Below, piece by piece: positions 37,786-46,193 of a stretch of 64,000 nucleotides of DNA. Source of the stretch: Thermoplasmata archaeon (lineage in GTDB: Archaea > Thermoplasmatota > Thermoplasmata > Lutacidiplasmatales > UBA184). The notes under the pieces were generated by a model, which was not told the origin of the DNA, did no database searches, and was given only the letters and a program-made list of their open reading frames with translations. Each line of letters opens with the position of its first letter. Position 1 is the first letter of the stretch. Location of the stretch: assembly GCA_021823345.1 (NCBI GenBank), contig JAKAOF010000001.1, forward strand, positions 120,174 to 184,173. The letters run 5' to 3'. The position numbers and the translations under genes were made by a program.

Positions 37786-38325
37786 ATGGCTATGAGTGAG
37801 CCAGTAGATAAACCCGTGGGGTCGGCGCTCACAAAGCACTTCGTGGCAACGGCCCTCATCGTCCGGAACGACCGGATTTTGCTGGTGCATCACCGCAAGA
37901 TCGGCCTGTGGCTGCCTCCGGGGGGCCACGTGGAAGCGCATGAAGATCCGGTCGAGGCCATGCACCGGGAAGTTCGGGAGGAGACGGGGCTCGACGTCAC
38001 GATCGTTCCCGCCGCGGACCCTCCCGTATCCACGGATGAGAACGTTCGAGTGTTGCCTCCTCCCCACCATGTACAGGTCGAGCGCATCGCGGAGGGGCCC
38101 CACGATCACGTAGATCTCGTCTATCTCTGCGAAGCCCTGCCGGGGATCGAGAAGGGGAATGCCGAGTCCCTGGGTCTCCGGTGGTTCACTCTCGAGGATC
38201 TGCGCTCGCCAGAGATCGTCCAGAATGTTCGTTACTATGCGCAGAAGGCGATCGAAGAAGTCGCGGCTTACCACTCATCTCAACGGGCAAAAGCTTCGGC
38301 CAACTCACAACGAGGCAGCCCGTGA
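37786..38325 (+). CDS. Nudix hydrolase
   Basis: Nudix box GGHVEAHEDPVEAMHREVREETGLDV. Confidence 0.85.
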   Translation: MAMSEPVDKPVGSALTKHFVATALIVRNDRILLVHHRKIGLWLPPGGHVEAHEDPVEAMHREVREETGLDVTIVPAADPPVSTDENVRVLPPPHHVQVERIAEGPHDHVDLVYLCEALPGIEKGNAESLGLRWFTLEDLRSPEIVQNVRYYAQKAIEEVAAYHSSQRAKASANSQRGSP

Positions 38326-38573
38326 GCGACGCGCATTCCCCCCCTGCTCCCTCCGAGACGGTGCAGATTCGTTTGCTCACCCATGGTGTGCATCCCGGTC
38401 TTCCCGCCTCGGTCGCTGTGGCCCCGGGTACTTCCGCCCGAGCGCTCCTCCACCAGCTCCAACTTCCCGTCGAAGGTTGCGGGCTCTGGTGGGAGGGAGA
38501 ACCCGTCCCCTCCGACTTTGAGTTTCTTGCCGACGGAACGTTAGAGATCGTCCGGACGTTCTCGGGTGGGTAA
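38322..38573 (+). CDS. ThiS/MoaD-family ubiquitin-like beta-grasp protein ending in Gly-Gly (SAMP-like)
   Basis: GTG 38322 overlaps the Nudix stop TGA (GTGA). Sequence ...VQIRLLTHG....VAVAPGTSARALLHQLQLPVEGCGLWWEGEPVPSDFEFLADGTLEIVRTFSGG-stop matches the ThiS pattern, including the terminal diglycine. Confidence 0.6.
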   Translation: MSDAHSPPAPSETVQIRLLTHGVHPGLPASVAVAPGTSARALLHQLQLPVEGCGLWWEGEPVPSDFEFLADGTLEIVRTFSGG

Positions 38574-38593
38574 GCGGTCGTATCTATCCGGGG

Positions 38594-39172
38594 TCAGTGG
38601 CCCTGGTCCTCGGTGGAGCGCAGCAAGCTCTCCCGAGATTGTTGCAACTGTTTCCTCCGGTCCGTGAGCGCGTTCAATTCCTGAGTTGGAACCCGGTCAT
38701 CTTTTCCGGACTTCCGGAGGGAGCGGATCTCGTGCCGGAGCCTTCGTTCGGTCCGGGCCATCTCTTCCAAGGACTTCCAGTAATCCCCGGTGTCGTCCTC
38801 GGCGGGAAGTTCCTCTCCGCCCACGGGAGCCGGGGCGGGGGCCGTGCGAGCGAACGCTCCCCGGAACCAACCCGCCACAAAGAAGACCGCGGACAGCGCC
38901 CCCAAAAGCGCTTCGAGGTACGGCTGCGAAGGTCCCGCTTGGAAGAGCCCAACGTTTCCAAGATAGAATCCGATCAGGATCGACAGCACCGTGCTGAGCA
39001 CGACCCCGCCGGCCAACCCCTGGAGGAGCCACAACCTCCCGCCGGGTCCCCGGACCCTATGCTCGGGCCACAGGGCCTTCATGAGAAGGTACCCGGGAAG
39101 GAAGAAGAGGAGGACGAGGGCGGCCAGGGAAAAGAGGGGATCGACCGCCATGGCATCCGGCCCGGAATTCAC
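38594..39172 (-). CDS. Hypothetical membrane protein with C-terminal coiled coil
   Basis: Four hydrophobic segments, then a charged heptad-like tail (LEEMARTERRLRHEIRSLRK...). The GTG start overlaps the srp54 stop (GTGA at 39169-39172). Confidence 0.55.
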   Translation of the reverse strand: MNSGPDAMAVDPLFSLAALVLLFFLPGYLLMKALWPEHRVRGPGGRLWLLQGLAGGVVLSTVLSILIGFYLGNVGLFQAGPSQPYLEALLGALSAVFFVAGWFRGAFARTAPAPAPVGGEELPAEDDTGDYWKSLEEMARTERRLRHEIRSLRKSGKDDRVPTQELNALTDRRKQLQQSRESLLRSTEDQGH

Positions 39173-40524
39173 TCCGAGGGCGGGGTGGCCGCGTTAAAAC
39201 CACCTTGGGCAAACTGCTTCTCCATGTGCCGGCGAAGCTTCCGGTTCGAGGCGAGGCCGTGGGCGGCCTTCTTCGTCTGCTCATAGTACTTGAGCAGGGC
39301 GCGCACTTCCTGCGGCTTCTGGCCGCTGCCCCGGGCGATGCGGTGGATCCGGTCCCCCTTGATCAGATTGGGGTTCGACATCTCCTCCTTGGTCATCGAT
39401 TCGAGGATGTTCTTGAAGCGTTTCATCTGGTGCTGGGTGTTCTCCATCTGCTTCTCGTCCACCTTGGCCGTGGCGAAACCCGGAAGGAACGAGAGGAGCT
39501 TGGAAAACGGACCCATCTTGCCGAGCGAATCGATCTGCACGTAGAAATCTTGGAGCGTGAACTTGCCGGACATGAGGTTCGCCGCGGCCTTCTCGGCCTC
39601 CTCCTTCCGCTCGATTGTCTCGAAACGTTCGACGAGGGATTTGATGTCCCCCATCCCGAGGAGACGTGAGACGAACCGGGTCGTTTCGAAGTGCTCCAGT
39701 TCGTCCATATGTTCCCCGGTCCCCACAAAGAGGATGGGCGCGCCGCTCTGTGCGACGGCGGAAAGGGCACCCCCCCCTTTGGCGGAACCATCCAGCTTGG
39801 TGAGGATGACCCCCGTGAGCCCAACCGCTTCATGGAACGCAGCGGCCGAACGCCCTGCCAGCTGTCCCATGGCCGCATCGAGCACGAGGAGCACCTCCTC
39901 CGGCTCGAACGCCTGCTTGCAGCGTTTGATCTCGGCGATGAGCTCGGGATCGATCGCCGAGCGCCCCGCCGTATCGAGGATCACCGTTTCCGAAGGCGCC
40001 GCACGGGCGCGTCCCTCCCGGGCGATCACCTCGGCCCGTTTTTCCTCCCGATGGGCGTAGAACCCGGCCTTCACCCTCCGGGAGATCTGCTCCAGTTGGT
40101 CGATCGCCGCCGGTCGATGGATGTCGCCGGCGATCAGCAGCGTGTGAACTCCCTTCTTTTGATAGTACCGGGCGAGCTTGCCGGCATGGGTGGTCTTCCC
40201 TTGTCCGAAGAGCCCCACTAACATGATCCGTTTCGGCTTCACCACGTAGGGCGCCTCCTTGCCGAGGATGCCGCAGATCTCCTCGTAGATGACCCGCACG
40301 AGATAGTCCCGAAGGTTGGCCCCCGGGGGGACCTTTCCCGCTTGGGCCCGCGAACGGACCCGTTGGGAGAGCTCTAGCGCCAATTGGACGTTGACGTCCG
40401 CCTGGAGCAGTGCTCGTTGAAGGTCCTTGACCACTTCGTTCAGCAGCTCCTCATCGATCGTTGAGGAGCGGGCGATCTTCGAGAGGATCGAACGAAGGGA
40501 CTTGCCTAGGGAGTCAAGCGCCAT
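39169..40524 (-). CDS. srp54: Signal recognition particle protein SRP54
   Basis: GLFGQGKTT, DTAGR and a Met-rich M domain. ATG 40524 (MALDSLGKSL) matches the canonical SRP54 N-terminus, so the listed upstream TTG 40551 is less likely. Confidence 0.92.
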   Translation of the reverse strand: MALDSLGKSLRSILSKIARSSTIDEELLNEVVKDLQRALLQADVNVQLALELSQRVRSRAQAGKVPPGANLRDYLVRVIYEEICGILGKEAPYVVKPKRIMLVGLFGQGKTTHAGKLARYYQKKGVHTLLIAGDIHRPAAIDQLEQISRRVKAGFYAHREEKRAEVIAREGRARAAPSETVILDTAGRSAIDPELIAEIKRCKQAFEPEEVLLVLDAAMGQLAGRSAAAFHEAVGLTGVILTKLDGSAKGGGALSAVAQSGAPILFVGTGEHMDELEHFETTRFVSRLLGMGDIKSLVERFETIERKEEAEKAAANLMSGKFTLQDFYVQIDSLGKMGPFSKLLSFLPGFATAKVDEKQMENTQHQMKRFKNILESMTKEEMSNPNLIKGDRIHRIARGSGQKPQEVRALLKYYEQTKKAAHGLASNRKLRRHMEKQFAQGGFNAATPPSE

Positions 40525-40556
40525 GTACCGGTCCGCCAGCGAACGGTACAACAGGT

Positions 40557-40564
40557 CATATACC
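40557..40564 (-). promoter_or_regulatory. Putative TATA box for srp54
   Basis: The minus strand reads GGTATATG, 33 nt upstream of ATG 40524. Confidence 0.45.
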
Positions 40565-40751
40565 TTTGCAGGGCCCGTCTCCTCCGAACCCTTCGACAGA
40601 TGCCGTCCTCACCGATGTTGGAAAGGTCCCGCGAGCGACAGTTAACGTGGGTCAGGTCGCAGGATCAACTCCGAGGCGAACCGGGGGGGCCCGAACTTCC
40701 CTGCGTCGCGGATTTCGGGGATGGTCCGGGAGCACCGAGGGGGGACACCAG

Positions 40752-40759
40752 CTATTAAA
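40752..40759 (+). promoter_or_regulatory. Putative TATA box for the HisA/HisF-like gene
   Basis: CTATTAAA lies about 21 nt upstream of GTG 40780. Confidence 0.4.
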
Positions 40760-40779
40760 CCCGAGGCACTCACGGGGTC

Positions 40780-41433
40780 GTGAAGGATTCGGAGTCCCCG
40801 GTCATCTTCCCACTGGTCTACCTCTTGAACGGCCAGGCGGTACGTCCGGCTCCGGGGGGGTACGTCCCCCTTTCCTCCCCAGGTCCGGACCCGGTCGATG
40901 TCTTCGATGTGACAGATCGGCTCTTCACAAAGTACCACCGTCTCTACCTGGTGGACGTCAACGGCAAGGAAGGCAAGGATCCTCAACTCGACTACTTGCA
41001 GGAGATTTCCCGCGGTCAGGAAATGTGGGTGGAGACCTCTCCAGGAACCGCCGAAGAGGTCATTGACACGCTCGTTGCCGGCGCGACCCGGGTGGTCATG
41101 GCGACCAGCGACCTCAAGGACCTGCGTACCGAAGTCCGTCGGGCCCTTGCCCTCACGGAGGAGATCGCCCTGGAGATCAACCTGGAGGGGAACCGCGTGC
41201 GGGCCTCGGACCCGCTCTATCAGGGACTCGGGCCCCAGGACCTCATTTCCGAGGCGGAGGAGTGGGGTGCGAGCACGTTCATCCTGACCTCGCCCGGGAT
41301 GGGATGGGAGACCATCGCGGATCTTTCTCGATCCTTGGAGATCTACCTGAAGAACCTGCGCCCGGAGGAGATGGAGAGCCTGCGGGCCTCCGGGGCCGCG
41401 GGAGCGATCATGGAGGTCGCCCATGACCGATGA
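40780..41433 (+). CDS. HisA/HisF-family (beta/alpha)8-barrel-like protein
   Basis: 217 aa. The N-terminus VIFPLVYLLNGQAV resembles the I-P-x-I-D-L-x-x-G start of HisA/HisF-like barrels. The call is by pattern only. Confidence 0.5.
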   Translation: MKDSESPVIFPLVYLLNGQAVRPAPGGYVPLSSPGPDPVDVFDVTDRLFTKYHRLYLVDVNGKEGKDPQLDYLQEISRGQEMWVETSPGTAEEVIDTLVAGATRVVMATSDLKDLRTEVRRALALTEEIALEINLEGNRVRASDPLYQGLGPQDLISEAEEWGASTFILTSPGMGWETIADLSRSLEIYLKNLRPEEMESLRASGAAGAIMEVAHDR

Positions 41434-41914
41434 TCTCGAGGTCGTGGGGGCCTTTCTGTGGCGGCAGTTGGGCCACCGGCCCGCAACCTCCAACCAAGCG
41501 GAGGGGGCGCTCTCCTACGAGCTCCACCTCTTCAAGCCGAGCGAAGCCCGGATCGTCCTTGATGCGCTGATCTCTCGGGGCCTCTTCCACCGAGAAGGCG
41601 ATCAGCTCACGGGGGTTCCCGATCTCCTGGGGATCGACATACCTTTGGGCTATCACCCACCCGAGTCCTTCCTCAAGGATCTTCCGCGGGGCGTGTCTCT
41701 TCCCCTGCTGCCACGGCTGCTCGAATTCATCAGTACGGGACTGTCCGAGGTCGAGCAGTCTCGAGTCCCCGAAGAGGTGGCCGAGGTGGCGAAGCACCTG
41801 GGAGTATCCCGGGAAAGCGCGGCCCTGCTCGTGGGTTGGAAGAAGGGTCGCCGAGACCCGACGCTCATCGAGGAGTGCGCTCGGTCGATATCACAGTCCG
41901 TCCCGGCCAAATGA
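41423..41914 (+). CDS. Conserved archaeal hypothetical protein (possibly DUF2240-like)
   Basis: 163 aa with coding-like GC3 bias. Overlaps the previous gene by 11 nt. Its stop TGA lies inside the C box of the downstream sRNA. Confidence 0.55.
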   Translation: MTDDLEVVGAFLWRQLGHRPATSNQAEGALSYELHLFKPSEARIVLDALISRGLFHREGDQLTGVPDLLGIDIPLGYHPPESFLKDLPRGVSLPLLPRLLEFISTGLSEVEQSRVPEEVAEVAKHLGVSRESAALLVGWKKGRRDPTLIEECARSISQSVPAK

Positions 41915-41965
41915 TGATACCAAGAACCAGCTGAAAAGTGATGAGTGATGGGCGAGCTGATGGCC
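41905..41965 (+). ncRNA. C/D box sRNA (2'-O-methylation guide)
   Basis: GGCCA-a-ATGATGA(C, 41911-17)-13 nt-CTGA(D', 41931-34)-aaa-GTGATGA(C', 41938-44)-12 nt-CTGA(D, 41957-60)-TGGCC. All four boxes match the consensus, the spacers are canonical length, and there is a perfect 5 bp terminal stem. Confidence 0.85.
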
Positions 41966-42017
41966 GGGGCCGAGCGCGCCGCGTCGAGGGAACCGACGAG
42001 CACCGCGGCGGATCTCG

Positions 42018-42749
42018 GTGGGCGCCACACGCAATCTTCATTTCCTGACCCCGCTCGATAACCCCGTGGATCTCCCTGTCTGTCGCCTGGTAAGTTGGAC
42101 CGACATCGACAGATGGGCCGACATCGTCGCGGAACGAGTGCGATTGGCCGCACGAGTTCCGGAGACCATCGTGGGACTGACCCGGGGGGGATGGATCCCC
42201 GCCCGCCTGCTCGCGGACCGGTTGGATGTGAAGCATCTCGCCGCGCTCCGGGCCCAACACTGGGGGGTCACGGCCACACCGAACGGCAAGGCCGAGATCA
42301 CCGAGTCGCTCAATTCCTCCGTTCGAGGAAAGACCGTCCTCGTGGTCGATGACATCACCGACACGGGGGACAGCCTCCGTCTTGCGGTGACCCACGTGAA
42401 GTCCGACCGGCCGGCTCGGCTCGAAAGCGCCACCTTCCTCCATATCAGTCACTCCACGTACACCCCGACGTACTACGGGGAGGAAGTCCCCAAGGAGGGT
42501 TGGGCGTGGTTCATCTTCCCCTGGAACTACTGGGAGGACCTGCGCACCCTGTCGAACAAGGCGCATGCCGAAGCTGCTACACCCGAGGAAGTGGCCAGCC
42601 TATTGCTCGAACAGGCCAAGATCCAGGTGCCGGCGGAGGATGTGGCCCAAGCACTGGGTCACCCCGCGCCCGTGGGTTCCCGAGGCCGGACTAAACGCAC
42701 CGGTACTCGCGCCGGCGGGCGTCGCGCATCGAGATCGACTCCGCGATGA
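42018..42749 (+). CDS. hpt: Purine (hypoxanthine/guanine) phosphoribosyltransferase with basic C-terminal extension
   Basis: PRPP-binding motif VLVVDDITDTGDSL. Start is uncertain (GTG 42018 or GTG 42066). The Arg-rich tail overlaps the comA-like gene 3' end by 59 nt. Confidence 0.75.
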   Translation: MGATRNLHFLTPLDNPVDLPVCRLVSWTDIDRWADIVAERVRLAARVPETIVGLTRGGWIPARLLADRLDVKHLAALRAQHWGVTATPNGKAEITESLNSSVRGKTVLVVDDITDTGDSLRLAVTHVKSDRPARLESATFLHISHSTYTPTYYGEEVPKEGWAWFIFPWNYWEDLRTLSNKAHAEAATPEEVASLLLEQAKIQVPAEDVAQALGHPAPVGSRGRTKRTGTRAGGRRASRSTPR

Positions 42750-43680
42750 GTCCCTGACGCTCTAGTTCCCGCACCGCCATCTGGACCGTGCGCCGAGGAA
42801 GTCGAGAGAGACTGACGATCTCTCCTTGTTCGAGCCCTTGGTGGTTCTCGATCAGAAAGTAGACGAACTTGGCGGCGGGGGATCCTTCGGGGAGCGCCCG
42901 GTGGGCCGGGAGCCCGAAGGTGTCCCCACGTAGACCGAGGCGTTGCGAGGCGAGTGGAAAGACGGAATCGGGGGAGACGTTGCCGAGATTCACCTCGCCT
43001 CCTAGTTCCTTGATGAGCGCGATCTGCTGTTCCTCCCGGGGCGCCTCGAAGATGATGTCCTCCATCGGTAGGGAGGCGGTGATGGCGTGCACCCAATCCC
43101 ACTTGACGCCACCGATCTCATCGTAGATCCCGACCCCTTTCCCGCTCTCTCGGCTCTCGAGGATCACCTTCCGTGGGGAGAGCTTCCGGGCGTGCAGCAG
43201 CCGACTCATCGTCTCCCGCAACGAATACTGGTGCTGAATGTCCTTCTTGCCGACCTCGATCAGGACCTCCAGCCCTTTGGAGCGCACCAGTTCGGCCATC
43301 TCCTCGACCTGTTCGGGGCTGAGGTCGATCACCCCTTCGCTCACCTCGACGATGTTGAACCCGAGGTCCCGGGCTTCCGTCACGAACCGCTCCGCCTTGC
43401 CCTCGCGGATGGTGAGCTCGAGGAGCGTCCCTCCCGTGGAAACCTCGATGGCGTGGGATTGGTACTCGCGGATCCGCCGCCGGATCGTTTCTCGGGGAAA
43501 GAGGAGGGGAAGCCCCCACCCGATCTTCACGATGTCGACATAGGGCGCGGCGTGGGCCCACCACTCGCCGGAAAGGGGCCCCTGCATTCGGTCCAGCACA
43601 TGGGTGACCCCCGTCACCCGGGGGGCCTTCTTTTCCGGTCCTTTGGCGGGGAACACCGGGCCGTCACGTTCCAGCTTCAA
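42691..43680 (-). CDS. comA: Phosphosulfolactate synthase (ComA family) fused to a C-terminal winged-helix DNA-binding domain
   Basis: ComA pattern (RVTGVTHVLD, YVDIVKIGWG, VSTGGTLLE, FNIVEVSEG, EVGKKD) over about 250 aa. A MarR/ArsR-like wHTH follows (FVYFLIENHQGLEQGEIVSLSRLPRRTVQMAVRELERQGLI). Start is uncertain (TTG 43680 or GTG 43656). Confidence 0.75.
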   Translation of the reverse strand: MKLERDGPVFPAKGPEKKAPRVTGVTHVLDRMQGPLSGEWWAHAAPYVDIVKIGWGLPLLFPRETIRRRIREYQSHAIEVSTGGTLLELTIREGKAERFVTEARDLGFNIVEVSEGVIDLSPEQVEEMAELVRSKGLEVLIEVGKKDIQHQYSLRETMSRLLHARKLSPRKVILESRESGKGVGIYDEIGGVKWDWVHAITASLPMEDIIFEAPREEQQIALIKELGGEVNLGNVSPDSVFPLASQRLGLRGDTFGLPAHRALPEGSPAAKFVYFLIENHQGLEQGEIVSLSRLPRRTVQMAVRELERQGLIAESISMRDARRREYRCV

Positions 43681-43687
43681 TGAAATG

Positions 43688-43695
43688 CTTTATAT
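43688..43695. promoter_or_regulatory. Shared TATA-like element between the divergent comA-like and ACT-domain genes
   Basis: CTTTATAT (reverse complement ATATAAAG) lies 30 nt upstream of ATG 43725 on the plus strand. On the minus strand it lies about 32 nt upstream of GTG 43656. Confidence 0.4.
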
Positions 43696-43724
43696 CGGGC
43701 CCCCCTTTGGCTTTTGCTCTAGCA

Positions 43725-44216
43725 ATGGCGCTCGAAGAGATTTCGTTTGTCTTGGGGAACAAGCCGGGGGCGCTCCAGAAGATCTCAAAGCTTCTCGCCG
43801 AGGGAAGGATCAATGTGGCGGCCATCTCGGTGCATTCCCAGTCCCAACGGGGATTCATCCGCATGGTGGTCAGCGATACCGAGCGGGCGCTCTGGCTCCT
43901 CCGCCGCGAAGGGTACAAGGTCGATTCGAACGAGCTCATCGTCGTGGGCCTCGAGGATCGCTCCGGGAACCTCCTACGGGTCCTCGACATTCTCGCCCAA
44001 CACCGCATCAACATCATTTCGGCGAACGTCTTGGTCTCCCGGGAGGGGATGAAGAGCCTGATCGCCATCGGGGTCGACAATCCATCTCGGGCCCGAGAGC
44101 TGCTTTCCTCCGCTGGCTATGTCTCGGCCCGCGCCGAGCAACTCATCACCAACGCCGCTCTCGTGACGAGCAGCATCGTGGACTCTGGCCGGGAATCCGT
44201 CGGCATGCTCCTGTGA
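43725..44216 (+). CDS. Tandem ACT-domain protein
   Basis: Two ACT-like units (ISFVLGNKPGALQKISKLLAEGRINV and IVVGLEDRSGNLLRVLDILAQHRINI). ATG 43725 is preferred because the TATA element lies inside the longer listed ORF. Confidence 0.75.
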   Translation: MALEEISFVLGNKPGALQKISKLLAEGRINVAAISVHSQSQRGFIRMVVSDTERALWLLRREGYKVDSNELIVVGLEDRSGNLLRVLDILAQHRINIISANVLVSREGMKSLIAIGVDNPSRARELLSSAGYVSARAEQLITNAALVTSSIVDSGRESVGMLL

Positions 44217-44228
44217 ACCGGCCCCCGT

Positions 44229-44300
44229 GCGGACATAGTGTAGTGGTTAGCACGCAAGCTTCCCAAGCTTGCAACCCGGGTTCAAATCCCGGTGTCCGCA
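44229..44300 (+). tRNA. tRNA-Gly (anticodon CCC)
   Basis: Hand-folded. Acceptor GCGGACA/TGTCCGC. Anticodon stem CAAGC/GCTTG with loop TTCCCAA (CCC at 44262-44264). T arm CCGGG-TTCAAAT-CCCGG. Discriminator A. No encoded CCA. Confidence 0.88.
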
Positions 44301-44315
44301 CTTAACCCGCGTTCC

Positions 44316-46193
44316 ATGGCAATGGGGTTCGAGCTCCTCGACCGGGATGGCCTGGCCCGTTTGGGTCGGCTGACCACCCTCCACGGAACGGTCCGGACCC
44401 CGGTGTTGCTACCTGTCCTCCACCCGGATCCCGCCCGGCAAGCCATCCCCTCTTCTGAGATTCAGGCACGTTTTCACGCCGAGGCGGTGATGACCTCGAG
44501 CTATATCTTGCGTCGTCAGGCGGACCTTTCTACCGAGGCGCAGACGAAGGGGATCCATTCGGTGCTCGGATTCCCCGGTACGGTCGTGACCGACTCCGGC
44601 GCCTTCCAGCAGCATGTGTACGGGGGGGTGGAAGCGACCCCACCGGAGATCCTCGAGTTCCAGAACGCGATCGGCACCGATGTCGCCACTCCGCTCGACC
44701 TGTTCGTGGAGCCAGAGGTCTCGCATGCCGAAGCCTCCCGGGGCGTGGAGGAAACGGCCCGTCGGGTGGAGGAGGCCCGGAAGCTGCGCGGCGAACGCCT
44801 CCTTGCCGTACCCGTCCAAGGTGGTCTCCACGATGACCTGCGACGGCGTTCGGCCGAGCTGACCTCGTCCTTCGCCGATGTGTTGGCGGTGGGGGGCATC
44901 GTCCCGCTCATGGACTCCTACCGGTTCGCCGAGCTCCTACGGATGCTCTGTCGCTTGCGTCCCCACTTGCCCCCCGAGAAGCCTCTGCATCTTTACGGCC
45001 TCGGCCATCCCATGCTCTTCGCCTTTGGTGCGCTCTTGGGCGCCGACATCTTCGACACCGCCTCCTACTACAAGTTCGCCGTCCGCTCCTCCCTTCAGTT
45101 CCCCACGGGGTCCATGCCGCTCTCCTCCGTCCGGGAAGAGTTCTGCGGGTGCGCGCTTTGCTCGGAGGTGCCCTTGCAGAAGGTCGCCGAGCTGCCGGCC
45201 CCCGCCCGGGAGAAACACCTTGCCCTCCACAACCTCGAACAGTGCTTTCTCGAGATCGCCCGCGTCCGGCAGGCCATTCGCGAAGGGGAGCTCTGGGACC
45301 TCGTGGAGCAACGCGCCTCCGGCCATCCCGCCCTCATGGCGGCCTACCGCGAAGTGCTCCAGCACCCCGAGGTCTTTCTACCCACCGAGCCCCCGAGCCG
45401 GCGACGGCTCTTCCTTCGAGGCCCGCTTTCCCTCCAGTTGCCGCCCGTCGTTCGGTTCCAGCGTCACCTTCACGAGTACACCTCCCGCCCCTCCCGGGAC
45501 CACTCGTCCCCCCAGTGGCCATCCACCCCGTTGGGCAAGGTTCCTCCCGAGCTCGCTCAAGTGTATCCGGTCGGGTGCGTGGTGGCCCCGGAGGAATACC
45601 TGCCCCGGGATCGCGGCACGGCATCCGCTCCTCCCGCACCCGTCCCTTCCTCGGTGAGCGCGGTCGATCCCATGGAGCAGGCCTTGGGGATCCTCGAATG
45701 GACCTGGGGTGAATCCGTCCGGCAGGCGCTCAACGGCAAGTCCATACAGCTCCGACATTCGAAGGGGTCGGGTCGGCTGCGAGAGATCTTCATCGACGGG
45801 AACGCGGCCTTCGTGGTCGGGAACGACGGCCTTCCCCACCCGACCTTCCGCGGAGGCGAGTTCCTGCACGCGACCCTTCCGGCGGGACACCATCGTGTCA
45901 CTGCTTCCGACGATGCCCAACCCTTCGTCGAGACGGGTCGCAGTCTCTTCGCACAGCATGTACTACGCGCGTCCCCGGATGTCGTCCCGGGGGCCTACGT
46001 GCTGATCGTGAACCAAGCGGACGCGCTGCTTGCGGTGGGCCGGTGCCTGTTGGGCTCCGCCGAGATGGTGCGATTCCGTCACGGCGTTGCAGTGCGTCCG
46101 GTGGCCCACCGAAAGCCGGCTACTTCGTCCGCCGCATCAGGGGATTCGGCGACCGGGGCGCTTCCGCTCCCCGACGCGGGCCCGGCACCGTAG
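44316..46193 (+). CDS. tgtA: Archaeosine tRNA-guanine transglycosylase with C-terminal PUA domain
   Basis: N-terminus FELLDRDGLARLGRLTTLHGTVRTPVLLPV, a zinc site (CGCALC), and a C-terminal PUA-like segment (YVLIVNQADALLAVGRCL). ATG 44316 avoids overlap with tRNA-Gly. Confidence 0.88.
   Translation: MAMGFELLDRDGLARLGRLTTLHGTVRTPVLLPVLHPDPARQAIPSSEIQARFHAEAVMTSSYILRRQADLSTEAQTKGIHSVLGFPGTVVTDSGAFQQHVYGGVEATPPEILEFQNAIGTDVATPLDLFVEPEVSHAEASRGVEETARRVEEARKLRGERLLAVPVQGGLHDDLRRRSAELTSSFADVLAVGGIVPLMDSYRFAELLRMLCRLRPHLPPEKPLHLYGLGHPMLFAFGALLGADIFDTASYYKFAVRSSLQFPTGSMPLSSVREEFCGCALCSEVPLQKVAELPAPAREKHLALHNLEQCFLEIARVRQAIREGELWDLVEQRASGHPALMAAYREVLQHPEVFLPTEPPSRRRLFLRGPLSLQLPPVVRFQRHLHEYTSRPSRDHSSPQWPSTPLGKVPPELAQVYPVGCVVAPEEYLPRDRGTASAPPAPVPSSVSAVDPMEQALGILEWTWGESVRQALNGKSIQLRHSKGSGRLREIFIDGNAAFVVGNDGLPHPTFRGGEFLHATLPAGHHRVTASDDAQPFVETGRSLFAQHVLRASPDVVPGAYVLIVNQADALLAVGRCLLGSAEMVRFRHGVAVRPVAHRKPATSSAASGDSATGALPLPDAGPAP

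Noticed and set aside
37768-38274. N-terminal 169 codons of the listed 586 aa minus-strand ORF 36514-38274
   Set aside because: This part is antisense to the Nudix gene, which has an intact Nudix box, and has no features of its own. ATG 37767 gives a self-consistent 417 aa protein.
36233-38573. Integrated mobile element at tRNA-Ser
   Set aside because: I found no integrase or transposase, no direct repeat of the tRNA 3' half downstream, and no obvious compositional break. The block is therefore treated only as uncharacterised genes.
40525-40779. 255 nt spacer next to srp54 considered as a possible SRP (7S) RNA or other ncRNA locus
   Set aside because: It is too short for archaeal SRP RNA, and I found none of its conserved helix-8/helix-5 motifs. 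The two divergent promoters (TATA at 40557-40564 and 40752-40759) plausibly explain the spacer.
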